Positions 27,425 to 38,041 of a stretch of 64,000 bases of DNA are shown here, in pieces (within the stretch, counting starts at the first letter, position 1; every line of letters begins with the position of its first letter). The DNA lies in contig JACRAP010000023.1 of assembly GCA_016213365.1 (NCBI GenBank), forward strand, positions 15,871 to 79,870, in the 5' to 3' direction. Source of the DNA: Candidatus Berkelbacteria bacterium. GTDB lineage: Bacteria; Patescibacteriota; UBA1384; 2-12-FULL-50-11. The notes under the pieces were generated by a model. It was not told where the DNA came from. It made no database searches and saw only the letters and a program-made list of their open reading frames with translations. The translations under genes were made by a program, and so were the position numbers.

Positions 27425-27602
27425 CGGCGAATTTTTTTAGCGATTTTCGGCAACGGTTACAGATTAATAAACCGTTCCATTTTTGCAAGTTAGGTAAAAT
27501 AACTCTACTGGTTTTGTGTAGAGATTTTGGGCGGTTAAAGCCAAATTGAGCGGTTTTACCGCACAATTCACAGCTATTTTTGGCTCTGTGGATTTTCTTC
27601 AT
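27414..27602 (-). CDS. rpmB: 50S ribosomal protein L28
   Basis: CELCGKTAQFGFNRPKSLHKTSRVILPNLQK fits the L28 pattern C..CGK...GN..SHA.N.T.R...PNLQ. Confidence 0.8.
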   Translation of the reverse strand: MKKIHRAKNSCELCGKTAQFGFNRPKSLHKTSRVILPNLQKWNGLLICNRCRKSLKKFAVIA

Positions 27603-27664
27603 TACGTATAATAATAGTCTAAAATCGGTTGTTTTTCAAGGACTGAGATATATATAATAGATAA

Positions 27665-28276
27665 ATGGAATTATTAATTGGCATAATTATTGCTTTAATC
27701 GTTTTAGTGAGTTTATCAATTCACGAGTACGCTCATGCGTTAGTTGCAAGTTTGTTTGGCGACGACACCGCCAAACATGCCGGTAGGTTAACCCTAAACC
27801 CGATCGCGCATTGGGATAACGTTGGGACTACCTTGCTTGTTGGGCTAATTATTTTACGATCATTGGGTTTAGCGCTACCCGTTTTTGGCTGGGGAAAACC
27901 GGTACCGATCGACGAGGGAAAATTTGAGAATCCACGTTGGAGCAGTTTTAACGTTGCGATCGCTGGTCCGATGAGTAATTTTGTAATCGCTTTTATACTT
28001 GCCGTTATTTACAAACTTACCGATGGCGGTACGTTTATTGACTCTATATTAATCTTAAGTGTGAATTTAAATGTCTTTTTGGGCTTATTTAATTTGTTAC
28101 CGATCGCGCCGCTTGATGGCTCGAAATTATTACGGCTTTTTATTCCGGAAGAACTCTACATAAATCTTCACACTAACCCCCTACTATTTTACGGAATGAT
28201 TTTGCTGGTTTTTTGGTTTTTACTTACCCCGTTACAAATTTTTGCCCAAAACATCAGTCAGTTTTTGCTTGGTTAA
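27665..28276 (+). CDS. Site-2 protease family (M50) membrane metalloprotease
   Basis: HEYAH (HExxH) motif in the first TM, polytopic, with an LDG motif (NLLPIAPLDGSKL). Confidence 0.7.
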   Translation: MELLIGIIIALIVLVSLSIHEYAHALVASLFGDDTAKHAGRLTLNPIAHWDNVGTTLLVGLIILRSLGLALPVFGWGKPVPIDEGKFENPRWSSFNVAIAGPMSNFVIAFILAVIYKLTDGGTFIDSILILSVNLNVFLGLFNLLPIAPLDGSKLLRLFIPEELYINLHTNPLLFYGMILLVFWFLLTPLQIFAQNISQFLLG

Positions 28277-28682
28277 ATTTAAGAAAAGCGCGAAGGCGAA
28301 TTTTATGATGAGAAATAACCTTTGGGTGCGATAAGTAATCGTTAATTTCCATAAACTTCCAACATTGTCCTTCGTTACCGAGTTTAATTTCTTTTACTTG
28401 CTGATCGGTTAAATTAAGAGCATATAACTGAGTTGTTTTACCGGGATTTACATCAGAAATAACTTCTAATTGCCAAATCACATCTCGTTCAAATATTTTT
28501 ACATTTACCTCTTCCATCACTTCTCGCTCTAAACATTCAAAAGGCGTCTCGCCTTCCTCGCGCCTTCCGCCAGGTATATCCCACATATCCGGGAAGTTAA
28601 TTTCAGGATTGTTATCGCGCAGTACTGTAAGGATTTTATCGTTATATAATAGAAAAGCTTTCGCGCCCCGTATTTTATCCAT
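28254..28682 (-). CDS. NUDIX hydrolase
   Basis: Nudix box GGRREEGETPFECLEREVMEEVNV (Gx5Ex7REUxEExGU). Confidence 0.8.
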   Translation of the reverse strand: MDKIRGAKAFLLYNDKILTVLRDNNPEINFPDMWDIPGGRREEGETPFECLEREVMEEVNVKIFERDVIWQLEVISDVNPGKTTQLYALNLTDQQVKEIKLGNEGQCWKFMEINDYLSHPKVISHHKIRLRAFLKFNQAKTD

Positions 28683-28740
28683 TAGTTATAAAAGAATAGC
28701 TTGCTTTTGCGTTTGCTTCAAGGTATACAAAACTGGAAGC

Positions 28741-30567
28741 ATGATAACAAAACCGACGATAATACAACTCGGTTATAAAAATAAACCCCAAGATCGGTTT
28801 ACTGCAACTTTTGTAAACTCAACGCTTGTGCTTGGTAAAGAGGTGCAACTAATTTCGATAGTGGAGATTAAGAATGCTTATCACCCTGCCCGTACCAGCG
28901 GTATGGAAATAGTGCAATCGTTTAGCCGATATTTTATTCGTAGCACTCATCAAAGTACGCTTACAAAATTTGAGGACGCTCTTAAAGGTTGCAACACGAT
29001 AATCGAATCGGCGATAAAAACTTTAGATTCCCCGATCAACTGCGCAGTTCTCGCAATTTCTGGTAACGACGTTTACTTATCGACACTCGGTAACGCCAAG
29101 ATCTATTTGCGACGAGACGGACGCTTAAACCAAGTCAGCGCTCGAATTCAAGAAGCCGAACACGGTCAGTTCGCGTCGGTTACAAACGGAGAAATCATTA
29201 AGGGCGATTGGGTTTTTATGGCTAATGAAGAATTGGTGAATTACCTTCAAGAATTCGAGCAGGACTTGCCAGACGACGCGATCGTGCTTGAAAATCAAAT
29301 CAAAAATTTCTACGCTAAATTTCCAGAAACTAACTTTTGTGGCATCTTAATTAACGTAGAGCCAGATCACCCGTTTCAAATCACGCTTTATTTAGACGAG
29401 GTCGATAAGAAAATACCGATAACTTTACCAAAAATTAATATACCCGCCATTGAAGTGCCAAAATTAAATTTTTCAAAATTTAGTACTTTTTTTGCGATGT
29501 TATTGAAAAAATTTAAGAAAAATTCAGTAATTAACGAAGAAGAGCCAAAAATTAGAAAATTTCCAAAATTTCCTAAAATAAAAAATATAAAAATTATCGG
29601 CGCAGTTGCGGTACTGTTGTTTGTAATAATATTTTTCTTCCGCTTGCCAAATAATAATCAAAACAATACCAGCGACCAAAAAGCTAATCTTTTAGTTAGC
29701 GCAATAAACCAAACACCGGTTAAGATAACCGACATTATTACGAATTTAAACGAAGTAAATTATAACGCGCTAACGGAAGATGAGCGCTTACAGTTAGTAA
29801 TGCATTTAAAAACGAACAATCTAACATTTATCTCCCCAGCAAATATAATCAATAAATTTGACTCGGATATTGTATCGGTTGATGCTTTCGATGATTTGAT
29901 AATTGTTGTTGATAAAGAGAACAATATCTGGAAAATTACTGATAAAACTCCTGAAAAAATCGAGCATAAAAAAACCATTGTGGATATTAAATCAGCAACT
30001 GTTATCTATAATGACTTAGTAATTATTAGTACCAGCACAAATAAATATTGGAAGATAATTTTATCTGAAAACTCTGCAAATGAAATTCCAATCAGTGATG
30101 CCCTATCGGGTGCTCAGTTAATTTTTGAAACCTATAATAATAATCTTTACGCCTACAATCCCAAAAACAACACCGTATTTAGGGCGTTAAACTTTAACGG
30201 TGATTTAAAAAAGTTTGCCCCCTACACGAAAGTTGGCGTGTTAAAAAACAGCAACGTTACTGATATCGCAATTAACGGCGATATAATTTCCGTTTCAAAT
30301 ATTGGGTCGATGGAACGATTTGTACGAAATATCCCCAGACAATTCGTTAAACGAAACGATCCAACTAGCGAAAATCATCTGGTGGCATTAATCCCACTTA
30401 TTTATCGCGCCCAAAATAACGAGATAAGTACATATAACGACAAAACCCTAAAACAAGATCCTGATAAATATATAACTTATAGCGAAGATAAAATTACTAG
30501 TTTATCGCTAATAAATAACCGTTTGTTATTTTCGATTGGTAAAAATTTATACGAAATTAATCTTTAA
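28741..30567 (+). CDS. Large hypothetical protein with a central TM segment (608 aa from the MITKPT start)
   Basis: ORF 28609..30567. The ATG at 28741 avoids overlap with the convergent NUDIX gene. TM IIGAVAVLLFVIIFFF. No recognised catalytic motif. Confidence 0.5.
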   Translation: MITKPTIIQLGYKNKPQDRFTATFVNSTLVLGKEVQLISIVEIKNAYHPARTSGMEIVQSFSRYFIRSTHQSTLTKFEDALKGCNTIIESAIKTLDSPINCAVLAISGNDVYLSTLGNAKIYLRRDGRLNQVSARIQEAEHGQFASVTNGEIIKGDWVFMANEELVNYLQEFEQDLPDDAIVLENQIKNFYAKFPETNFCGILINVEPDHPFQITLYLDEVDKKIPITLPKINIPAIEVPKLNFSKFSTFFAMLLKKFKKNSVINEEEPKIRKFPKFPKIKNIKIIGAVAVLLFVIIFFFRLPNNNQNNTSDQKANLLVSAINQTPVKITDIITNLNEVNYNALTEDERLQLVMHLKTNNLTFISPANIINKFDSDIVSVDAFDDLIIVVDKENNIWKITDKTPEKIEHKKTIVDIKSATVIYNDLVIISTSTNKYWKIILSENSANEIPISDALSGAQLIFETYNNNLYAYNPKNNTVFRALNFNGDLKKFAPYTKVGVLKNSNVTDIAINGDIISVSNIGSMERFVRNIPRQFVKRNDPTSENHLVALIPLIYRAQNNEISTYNDKTLKQDPDKYITYSEDKITSLSLINNRLLFSIGKNLYEINL

Positions 30568-32164
30568 CCATTCTTGACGGCGCTGAAATACCGATTAAAT
30601 CGAGGGTTTTTTTAATGGTTAAACTGGTTGCTTTTAGAATTGTTAAACGCGACTGAGCGATCTCGTTATCTTCACCTTGTACCCGAAGCTGTTCGTAAAA
30701 CGCGTGCAAATCTGAAGCGAGTGCGTAAGCGTAATGCGTTAGTTTATGCACCTGCAAATCGCCGGCGATCTCCTCTACCAAATCTGGGAACTGAATTATG
30801 CGCAAGAGTAGTTGTTTTTCAAGCGGATGAGAAATGGTAATTTTATCTGGAATTACAAACTCGTCTTCTTTAGTAAACTGCCTAAAAATCGAGGAGATTC
30901 GTGCGTAAGCGTACTGAATATAAAAAACTGGGTTTTGGCTCGTTGCCGCTTTAGCTAGATCGATATCAAAATCGATTTGAGTATCAACCGATTTACTAAG
31001 GAAAAAGAATCGGGTTACGTCGCTACCCACCTCATCTATTAATTCGTCTAGCGGTACGTAACTACCAGTACGTTTTGACATCTTTATTTCTTTACCATCT
31101 TTAAACAAACGGACGATTTGGTGCAAAACAAAATCCATTTTACCGCCCCACATAAATTGATCTCTTAGTGCGCCTTCGATGATTTGATTTAAAGTTTTAG
31201 CTTCGGCGGCGTGATCAGCACCAAGCTCGGTAATTAATCTGTGATAACCGCGTTCGATTTTATAACTATGGTAGGCGATATCACTGGCAAGATAGGTTTG
31301 TTCGCCGTCAGTTTTAACTAGTACCCGGTCTTTGTCGTCGCCGTAACGAGTTGTACTTATCCAAGTTGCGCCGTCGGCGTCGTATATTAACCCTTTAAGT
31401 TTTAATTGCTCAATCGTTCTTTTATAAACTCCGGTTTGATATAGCGACTTTTCGGAAAAATATTGATCGAAATTTATACCGATATTTCGTAGCACCGGCT
31501 TTATCATCTCTTCTAAAATTATTGCTACCGCTTGTTCGCCGGCGGCGCGAGCGTCTTTTTCTTTTACGCGTTTTTTAATTTCGTCTAAATATTTGCCTGC
31601 GTATTGCTCGCCAGCGCCGATAATAGTTTTACCGAGTTCATCAACCTGATTACCGCGATCGTTAATATAACACTCTCGCATTACGGTGCAGCCGTACTGC
31701 TCTAGTACTTTTGCGATCGCCTCGCCCACAAATGCGCCGCGGCCGTTAGCGAGCGTTAGCGGACCGGTTGGATTTGGCGAAACGTACTCAACCAAAACTC
31801 GAATTTCTTTACCAAGATCGCTTTTACCGAACTTATCTGGCTTAGCGATAATCTCACGAAGCACCGTTAATAAATGCTCTGGACGGATAACGAAGTTTAT
31901 AAACCCTGGGGTCGTAACAGAAACGGAATGGAAAATCGGACTTTGCTCGAGCTCGTGAACCAGTTTTTGAGCAAGCAAGACTGGGCTGGTGTTTAAATCT
32001 TTTGCGGCAACCATGGCGACATTTGTCGAGAAATCACCGAACATCTTTTGTTTTGACGGTTCAACAACAAAAATCGGCGGTTCGCTGTCGAACGCTTTTT
32101 TATACGAACTACGAATTGCCTGATGTAATTGACCTAAAATCATCGAATAAGAATTAGCGGACAA
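30557..32164 (-). CDS. argS: Arginyl-tRNA synthetase
   Basis: Class I ArgRS: N-terminal add-on domain, HIGH-like region, and C-terminal DALR anticodon-binding domain ending in RM. 535 aa. Confidence 0.9.
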   Translation of the reverse strand: MSANSYSMILGQLHQAIRSSYKKAFDSEPPIFVVEPSKQKMFGDFSTNVAMVAAKDLNTSPVLLAQKLVHELEQSPIFHSVSVTTPGFINFVIRPEHLLTVLREIIAKPDKFGKSDLGKEIRVLVEYVSPNPTGPLTLANGRGAFVGEAIAKVLEQYGCTVMRECYINDRGNQVDELGKTIIGAGEQYAGKYLDEIKKRVKEKDARAAGEQAVAIILEEMIKPVLRNIGINFDQYFSEKSLYQTGVYKRTIEQLKLKGLIYDADGATWISTTRYGDDKDRVLVKTDGEQTYLASDIAYHSYKIERGYHRLITELGADHAAEAKTLNQIIEGALRDQFMWGGKMDFVLHQIVRLFKDGKEIKMSKRTGSYVPLDELIDEVGSDVTRFFFLSKSVDTQIDFDIDLAKAATSQNPVFYIQYAYARISSIFRQFTKEDEFVIPDKITISHPLEKQLLLRIIQFPDLVEEIAGDLQVHKLTHYAYALASDLHAFYEQLRVQGEDNEIAQSRLTILKATSLTIKKTLDLIGISAPSRMVKD

Positions 32165-32193
32165 GTAAATACTACTAAAAAATTTACCCTTTG

Positions 32194-32727
32194 TTAATTA
32201 CCGGTAACGAAATACTCTCCTAAATCGCTATTCGTACAACCCACCTGTGATCCGCCAAAACTTACCGTCCAAATATTATTCTGTCTAGCACATTCTGCCT
32301 TGATGGTATTAGTTACATTTTCCAATTTCGTGCGCAGGCGATAATGTTTTCTATCGCTGGTTAAATTGTACTCGTAGGTATCTGTTGATTTGGGCGGCGA
32401 AGGAATGGTTGGTAAGTATTGGCTAAACGGATTACAGTCGGTTGAAGTTTTAGTTTTAAGAGAACTGACATTTAGCCAAGTTTTTGTGGCATTCGGACTT
32501 TCATCAGTAATCGGGTAAATACCAATTGTTAACGGGTCTGAACAAGTCCTGTCTAACTTTCTTGCTTCAAAGGCCTGGCCGATCGCGTAAAGGTCGGTTT
32601 TTCTTTTGCCATCGCGAGCATTTCTTTGAGCGCGCAGGGTTGAAACTGTAATTAGCGTTGCCAAAATCCCGATAATGCCGATTACCGCCATCGATTCAAT
32701 TAAAGTAAAAGCTCTACTTTTTGTCAT
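32194..32727 (-). CDS. Pilin-like protein (prepilin N-terminal methylation motif) between argS and tyrS
   Basis: MTKSRAFTLIESMAVIGIIGILATL. Overlaps the tyrS stop by 4 nt. Confidence 0.7.
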   Translation of the reverse strand: MTKSRAFTLIESMAVIGIIGILATLITVSTLRAQRNARDGKRKTDLYAIGQAFEARKLDRTCSDPLTIGIYPITDESPNATKTWLNVSSLKTKTSTDCNPFSQYLPTIPSPPKSTDTYEYNLTSDRKHYRLRTKLENVTNTIKAECARQNNIWTVSFGGSQVGCTNSDLGEYFVTGN

Positions 32728-33914
32728 TCTCCTTTATATACTAGCTTAAAAAAGCGATGCTTGCCTACCTGCAGTTGTGGCGAATCGATAATTTCAACTT
32801 CGTGGAGGTAGTCATCGACCACCTCTGAATTTAACTTGATCGCCCCTTGATCAATTAATCTACGAGCTTCCGAGCTACTGGTGGTAGTGCACCTTGTAAC
32901 TGCTTGAATTAGCGGCACCGAACGTTCTGGAAAAGTTACTTCTCTAATTAGATCCGTAGCAACACTGCCGCCGATACTTGAAAAAGTGTTAGTAAACGAT
33001 GCTTCGGCGGTTTTTGCACTTTCCGTTCCGTGATAAATTTCTACAATTTTTTTTGCCACAAACATTTTACGCTCTTTTGGGTGAGTAATTTCGCTAGGGA
33101 TAATAATCTCGTGACTTTCGGCGTAAGCATCAGTAAGTTCGTCTTTTATGCGCATTAATTTACCGAACATTTGGTTTGGAACTTCGTATAATCCGATGTA
33201 GTTATTTAAACTTTTACTCATTTTTTTAACGCCATCGGTGCCAATTAACGGTTTAACCAATACCAGCGACTGTTCTGGGTAGCCGAGTTTTCGCTGTAAC
33301 TCCCTACCTGTTAGTAAATTTAATCTCTGATCCCAGCCGCCAATTTCTACGTCGGCTTTTAGATGCACCGAATCGATCCCCTGAACCAACGAATACATTA
33401 CTTCGTGTAAGCCGATCGGCTGATTTTCGCTAATTCTTTTTGCGAAATCTTCGCGCTCTATTACTTGTTGGAGCGTTACGTTCATAGTGTATTTGAAGAA
33501 TTCCGACAGCCCCATAGTTTTTAGCCACTGGGAGTTATAAACGATATGAGTTTTCTCTAGATCTATTACTTTTGCCGCCTGTTCAACATAGGTTTGCATA
33601 TTGTGGCGGATTTCTTCGGAAGTTAGAACCGGCCTGGTTTTATTGGCGCCGGCTGGATCACCGATACTGGCGGTAAAATCTCCGATTATTAAAAATGTTT
33701 GATGCCCGGCTTCTTGAAATTGCGCCAATTTTCGTAAAACTACCGCGTGTCCCAAATGTAGGTCTGGACTAGTTGGGTCAACTCCCAGCTTGATATTTAA
33801 CGGTTTGCCGCTTCTAAGTTTCTGCTCAAGCTCTTCTGCATTAATAATCTCTTGGACGTTGCTCTTTAAGATTTTCTCAATCATAGTAATATTATACCCA
33901 TAAATCTGATACAA
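32724..33914 (-). CDS. tyrS: Tyrosyl-tRNA synthetase
   Basis: HIGH motif (DLHLGHAV), KMSKS, and a C-terminal S4 domain. Confidence 0.9.
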   Translation of the reverse strand: MYQIYGYNITMIEKILKSNVQEIINAEELEQKLRSGKPLNIKLGVDPTSPDLHLGHAVVLRKLAQFQEAGHQTFLIIGDFTASIGDPAGANKTRPVLTSEEIRHNMQTYVEQAAKVIDLEKTHIVYNSQWLKTMGLSEFFKYTMNVTLQQVIEREDFAKRISENQPIGLHEVMYSLVQGIDSVHLKADVEIGGWDQRLNLLTGRELQRKLGYPEQSLVLVKPLIGTDGVKKMSKSLNNYIGLYEVPNQMFGKLMRIKDELTDAYAESHEIIIPSEITHPKERKMFVAKKIVEIYHGTESAKTAEASFTNTFSSIGGSVATDLIREVTFPERSVPLIQAVTRCTTTSSSEARRLIDQGAIKLNSEVVDDYLHEVEIIDSPQLQVGKHRFFKLVYKGE

Positions 33915-33921
33915 TTATATT

Positions 33922-36753
33922 ATGGTAAGGTTCCCGCGTATTAGCTTTCCATTTTCAAATCCGGTTAGACTAACAAAACTTCGTAACCGTCTTTTTGGAG
34001 TGAAAAAAGTCAGGAAATTCACCCTTAAAAAGCTTGGAAAATGGATCTTGATCTTTATCGGACTATGTATTTTTTCGATAATAATTTTATTTGCTTGGTT
34101 TGCAAAAGACTTACCAACGCCGGGTAAAATTATCACGCTTGCACCAACATCCTCAACTCGTTTATTTGATAGAAACGGCAAACCGCTTTATACAATTTCA
34201 AACGAACAAAAAAGAATTATCGTTGAGTCTAAAGATATCCCGGATGTTGTTAGGCACGCAACAATCGCTATCGAAGATAAGAATTTTTATAACCATATTG
34301 GGATCGATGCTAAAGGCCTTGCAAGGGCGGTAATTTTTGGCGGAAATAGAGGGGGCGGTTCAACAATCACCCAGCAGTACGTTAAAAATGCCGTATTAAA
34401 AGATAATAAGCGCAAAATTGTTCGAAAAGTTAAAGAGGCGATTTTAGCGATAGAGCTCGAGATAATGTACAGCAAGGACGAAATTTTAACGATGTACTTA
34501 AACCAAATCGGTTACGGCGGTAGTATCTACGGAATTGAAGCGGCCGCACAATCATATTTTGGTAAGAGCGCTAAAGAGCTTACGGTTGTTGAAGCCGCCA
34601 CGCTTGCCGCGCTTCCGCAGGCCCCAACAACACTTTCACCGTACGGTACCAACACTGATCGATTAATTGCCAGACGTAATTTAGCGATCGACAATATGGT
34701 CGATCTTGGCTACATCAAAAAAGAAGAGGCCGATACGGCTAAAAAAACAAAATTATCCGTAAAACCAAAAAGGGATTCGATCGTGGCGCCACACTTTGTG
34801 ATGTACGTAAAAGAGTGGTTGATAAAGTTTTTTGCCGAACAGTTGGGTGATGAGCAGCTAGCCGATCAAAAACTTAATCAGGGTGGCTTTAACGTTACAA
34901 CCACGATTGATTTAGATAAACAAAAACTTGCCGAAGAAACGGTCAAAAAATATGCCGATACGCTCTTAAAGAGTACTGGTGCAACAAACGCCGGACTGGT
35001 CGCGATCGATCCAAGGGTCGGCGAGATCCAAGCGATGGTCGGGTCGATTGATTACTTTAACGAAAAGTTCGGCGCGTTTAATATTGCCACCGCCAAGCGA
35101 CAGCCAGGTTCTTCGTTCAAGCCGATTGTTTACGCCGCCTCCTTTAAGGAGGGTTATAACCCCGCAACTACTATCTTTGATGTTAAGACAGACTTTGGCG
35201 GAAATTACGTACCCCAAAACTACGACAGTAAATTTAGGGGTCCGGTTACAATCAGACAAGCCCTGGGTAACTCGCTTAATATTCCTGCTGTAAAAGTTCT
35301 GGCACTTACTGGAAATGAAACAACTTTCAAAACCGTTGAGGATTTGGGAATAACAACCTTAAAAGATAAACAGCGCTACGGACTATCGCTAGTTCTTGGA
35401 GGCGGCGAGGTGATGTTAACTGAAATGGCGCAAGCATATGGAGTGTTTGCGACCAACGGAAAACTTGTGCCAGTAACCCCAATACTTAACATTAAAGAAT
35501 CGGGCGGGAAAGAAATTTATAAACACGAACCGGAAAAACTAGCAAAACAAGTACTTGCGCCGGAGATCGCTTATCAAATTACCGATATTTTAGCAGACGT
35601 TAACGCAAAGCGACCGATGTTTGGAAGATTGCTTGGCAACCTAACCTTACCTGGTCGAGTTGTTGCGGTAAAAACCGGTACTACAAACTCAATCAGAGAT
35701 GCTTGGACAATAGGTTACACCCCACAATTAGTAACCGCTGTTTGGGCGGGTAACAACGACAATACCCCGATGAATCGTGGTGGCGGTTCGGTAGCCGCGG
35801 CGCCAATTTGGGCAGAATATATGAGAAAAGCTCTTGCTGATGTTCCGGCAGAAAGGTTTACAAAGCCAAATGGACTGCAAACAATTTCAGTAGATCGACT
35901 ATCAAATAAATTACCAGTAGAAGGATCGGAAGTTATTAAGGATATTTTCGCTAAGTGGCAGATTCCAAAAGATAAAGATGATTTTCATTTAACTATTAGG
36001 GTATGCAGGGAAAACGGTTTAATCGCCCAAGACGACATCCCAGACGAATTAACAGAAGAAAGAACGTTCTTAAATATTCGATCGGAACGACCAACCGTAC
36101 CGGCATGGGAAGTGCCTGTCCAACAGTGGTTGAAAGAAAATAATTTGATTAATCCCCCACCTAAGGAAAATTGCCAGCTTAATTCACTTAGTCAACCAAC
36201 AGTCACTATTACCTCGCCAACTAGCGGATCTACGGTTTCTGGTACATTTACCATCTCGGCCACCGCAAGCGCAACATCTGGAGTTAAATCAGTAGATTTT
36301 TATATCGACGACACCGCGATCTTTAGCGATAACAACAGTCCGTATCAAACTACTTATAACGCATCTAATTTATCAAACGGTAGTCACACCATTAAAGCGG
36401 TGGTAATTAGTAAAAACGGTTCAACCACAACTACCACAGTAAGCGTTATCTCAACAACTGATTCCCAAGCTCCTGCTGACGTATCAAATTTGCTTGGCAT
36501 ACCAGGACCGGGCGCAAATAAAGTAACCTTAACTTGGGACAATCCAAGTGATACTGACTTTGCTTCGGTAAAAATTTATGTTTATATCGATAGCACAAGT
36601 ACTTTAGTAAAGACTGAAACTGTATTAAGCCCAACAGATAATACAATTATCTCAGGTCTTAATAGTTCTGTAGCGTACAAGTTTTTAGTAAAGTCTGTTG
36701 ACACTTCTTTAAACGAAAGTGGCGGAACTTTCGTAATTCTTACGCCTTTTTGA
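33922..36753 (+). CDS. mrcA: Class A penicillin-binding protein (transglycosylase plus transpeptidase) with C-terminal Ig/fibronectin-like beta domains
   Basis: GT51 motif EDKNFYNHIGID, transpeptidase SxxK (SSFKP) and KTGTT, and a C-terminal Ser/Thr-rich beta-sandwich repeats. 943 aa. Confidence 0.9.
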   Translation: MVRFPRISFPFSNPVRLTKLRNRLFGVKKVRKFTLKKLGKWILIFIGLCIFSIIILFAWFAKDLPTPGKIITLAPTSSTRLFDRNGKPLYTISNEQKRIIVESKDIPDVVRHATIAIEDKNFYNHIGIDAKGLARAVIFGGNRGGGSTITQQYVKNAVLKDNKRKIVRKVKEAILAIELEIMYSKDEILTMYLNQIGYGGSIYGIEAAAQSYFGKSAKELTVVEAATLAALPQAPTTLSPYGTNTDRLIARRNLAIDNMVDLGYIKKEEADTAKKTKLSVKPKRDSIVAPHFVMYVKEWLIKFFAEQLGDEQLADQKLNQGGFNVTTTIDLDKQKLAEETVKKYADTLLKSTGATNAGLVAIDPRVGEIQAMVGSIDYFNEKFGAFNIATAKRQPGSSFKPIVYAASFKEGYNPATTIFDVKTDFGGNYVPQNYDSKFRGPVTIRQALGNSLNIPAVKVLALTGNETTFKTVEDLGITTLKDKQRYGLSLVLGGGEVMLTEMAQAYGVFATNGKLVPVTPILNIKESGGKEIYKHEPEKLAKQVLAPEIAYQITDILADVNAKRPMFGRLLGNLTLPGRVVAVKTGTTNSIRDAWTIGYTPQLVTAVWAGNNDNTPMNRGGGSVAAAPIWAEYMRKALADVPAERFTKPNGLQTISVDRLSNKLPVEGSEVIKDIFAKWQIPKDKDDFHLTIRVCRENGLIAQDDIPDELTEERTFLNIRSERPTVPAWEVPVQQWLKENNLINPPPKENCQLNSLSQPTVTITSPTSGSTVSGTFTISATASATSGVKSVDFYIDDTAIFSDNNSPYQTTYNASNLSNGSHTIKAVVISKNGSTTTTTVSVISTTDSQAPADVSNLLGIPGPGANKVTLTWDNPSDTDFASVKIYVYIDSTSTLVKTETVLSPTDNTIISGLNSSVAYKFLVKSVDTSLNESGGTFVILTPF

Positions 36754-38041
36754 ATAGATCTGTAAGCGCTTTAACGTTATAAATACCTTTATTACTTACA
36801 TATTTTAATCTTGTTATTTCTTTAACTCTTGTTGCGTGATTTTGCGCCGGACGCACCTCGCCCAGTAACCCAATCTCGCCTATTAAAATTAATTTTTTAC
36901 TCAAGCTTATTTGATAGTAACTAGACAGGATCGCACAAGCGATCGCCAAGTCAGTGCCAGGATCTTTAACGCTAAAACCGCCAACAACATTTACATAAAC
37001 ATCAAACGAGCTTAGCGGCACTTTTAATTGATTTTCCAGTACTGCAAGTAGTAATGTTAATCGATTGACATCAATTCCTTGGGCGGTTCGTTTTGGGAAT
37101 CCGTAAATAGTTTTAGTAACTAACGCTTGGATTTCAATAATAAATGCCCGACTCCCTTCGTTAATTACGCTGAGCGATCTACCGGGTGAGTTTTCATCTA
37201 CTAATTTTAAAAATAAGCTTGCCGGATCCTCAACCTCTACAAAGCCGTTGCTTTGGAGTCGCCAAATCCCGACTTCGTCGGTCGGGCCAAAACGATTTTT
37301 TTCGCCCCTTAACATTCTTAGCCCAGTATTTTTATCGCCCTCAAGGTATAAAACTACATCGACTAAATGCTCTAGTACTCTCGGTCCAGCGACAACACCT
37401 TCTTTGGTAACATGCCCAACGAGCAATATTGCAACGCCCTGCGATTTTGCTAATTGTTGGAGTCGCCAACAGTTCTCTCTAACTTGCGTAACCGACCCTG
37501 GGGTGCCAGCGATGTCTTGATCGTAAACAGTTTGTATTGAATCAATTACTACTAGTTTTGGTTTTTCTTGAATTATTGTTGCGACTACTCTATTTAAGTC
37601 TCTCTCGCTTGAAAGGCGCATCGAACTATTATTAATATTCAATCTTTTCAGTCGTCCTGAAATTTGCTCCAGCGATTCTTCGCTTGAAAAATAAAGCGAA
37701 TCATTTATAGACGAGCAAACTTGAAGTAATATCGTACTTTTACCAACTCCAGGGTTTCCCGCCAGTAATATAATTGAGCCAGTTACAATACCGGGGTCAT
37801 CGCCACCTAACACTCTGTCAAATTCCTTAATGTTAGTTTTTATACGTTCGTGCGTTACTTGGCTAAGCTCGGAGACTTTTTGTAAAGTCACCGCGGTTGC
37901 GTTGTTGTTTTTTTTATTTATTACGTCTAATTGTTCCTCTATTATCGTGTTCCACTCGCCACAAGTTTTACATTTACCGGACCACGACTGGGTAACGGCG
38001 CCGCAATTTGTGCACGAAAATTGGGTAATAGGTTTAGACAT
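36740..38041 (-). CDS. radA: DNA repair protein RadA/Sms
   Basis: N-terminal C4 zinc finger CTNCGAVTQSWSGKCKTCGEW, Walker A GNPGVGKST, the KNRFG motif, and a Lon-like C-terminus. Confidence 0.9.
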   Translation of the reverse strand: MSKPITQFSCTNCGAVTQSWSGKCKTCGEWNTIIEEQLDVINKKNNNATAVTLQKVSELSQVTHERIKTNIKEFDRVLGGDDPGIVTGSIILLAGNPGVGKSTILLQVCSSINDSLYFSSEESLEQISGRLKRLNINNSSMRLSSERDLNRVVATIIQEKPKLVVIDSIQTVYDQDIAGTPGSVTQVRENCWRLQQLAKSQGVAILLVGHVTKEGVVAGPRVLEHLVDVVLYLEGDKNTGLRMLRGEKNRFGPTDEVGIWRLQSNGFVEVEDPASLFLKLVDENSPGRSLSVINEGSRAFIIEIQALVTKTIYGFPKRTAQGIDVNRLTLLLAVLENQLKVPLSSFDVYVNVVGGFSVKDPGTDLAIACAILSSYYQISLSKKLILIGEIGLLGEVRPAQNHATRVKEITRLKYVSNKGIYNVKALTDLFKKA

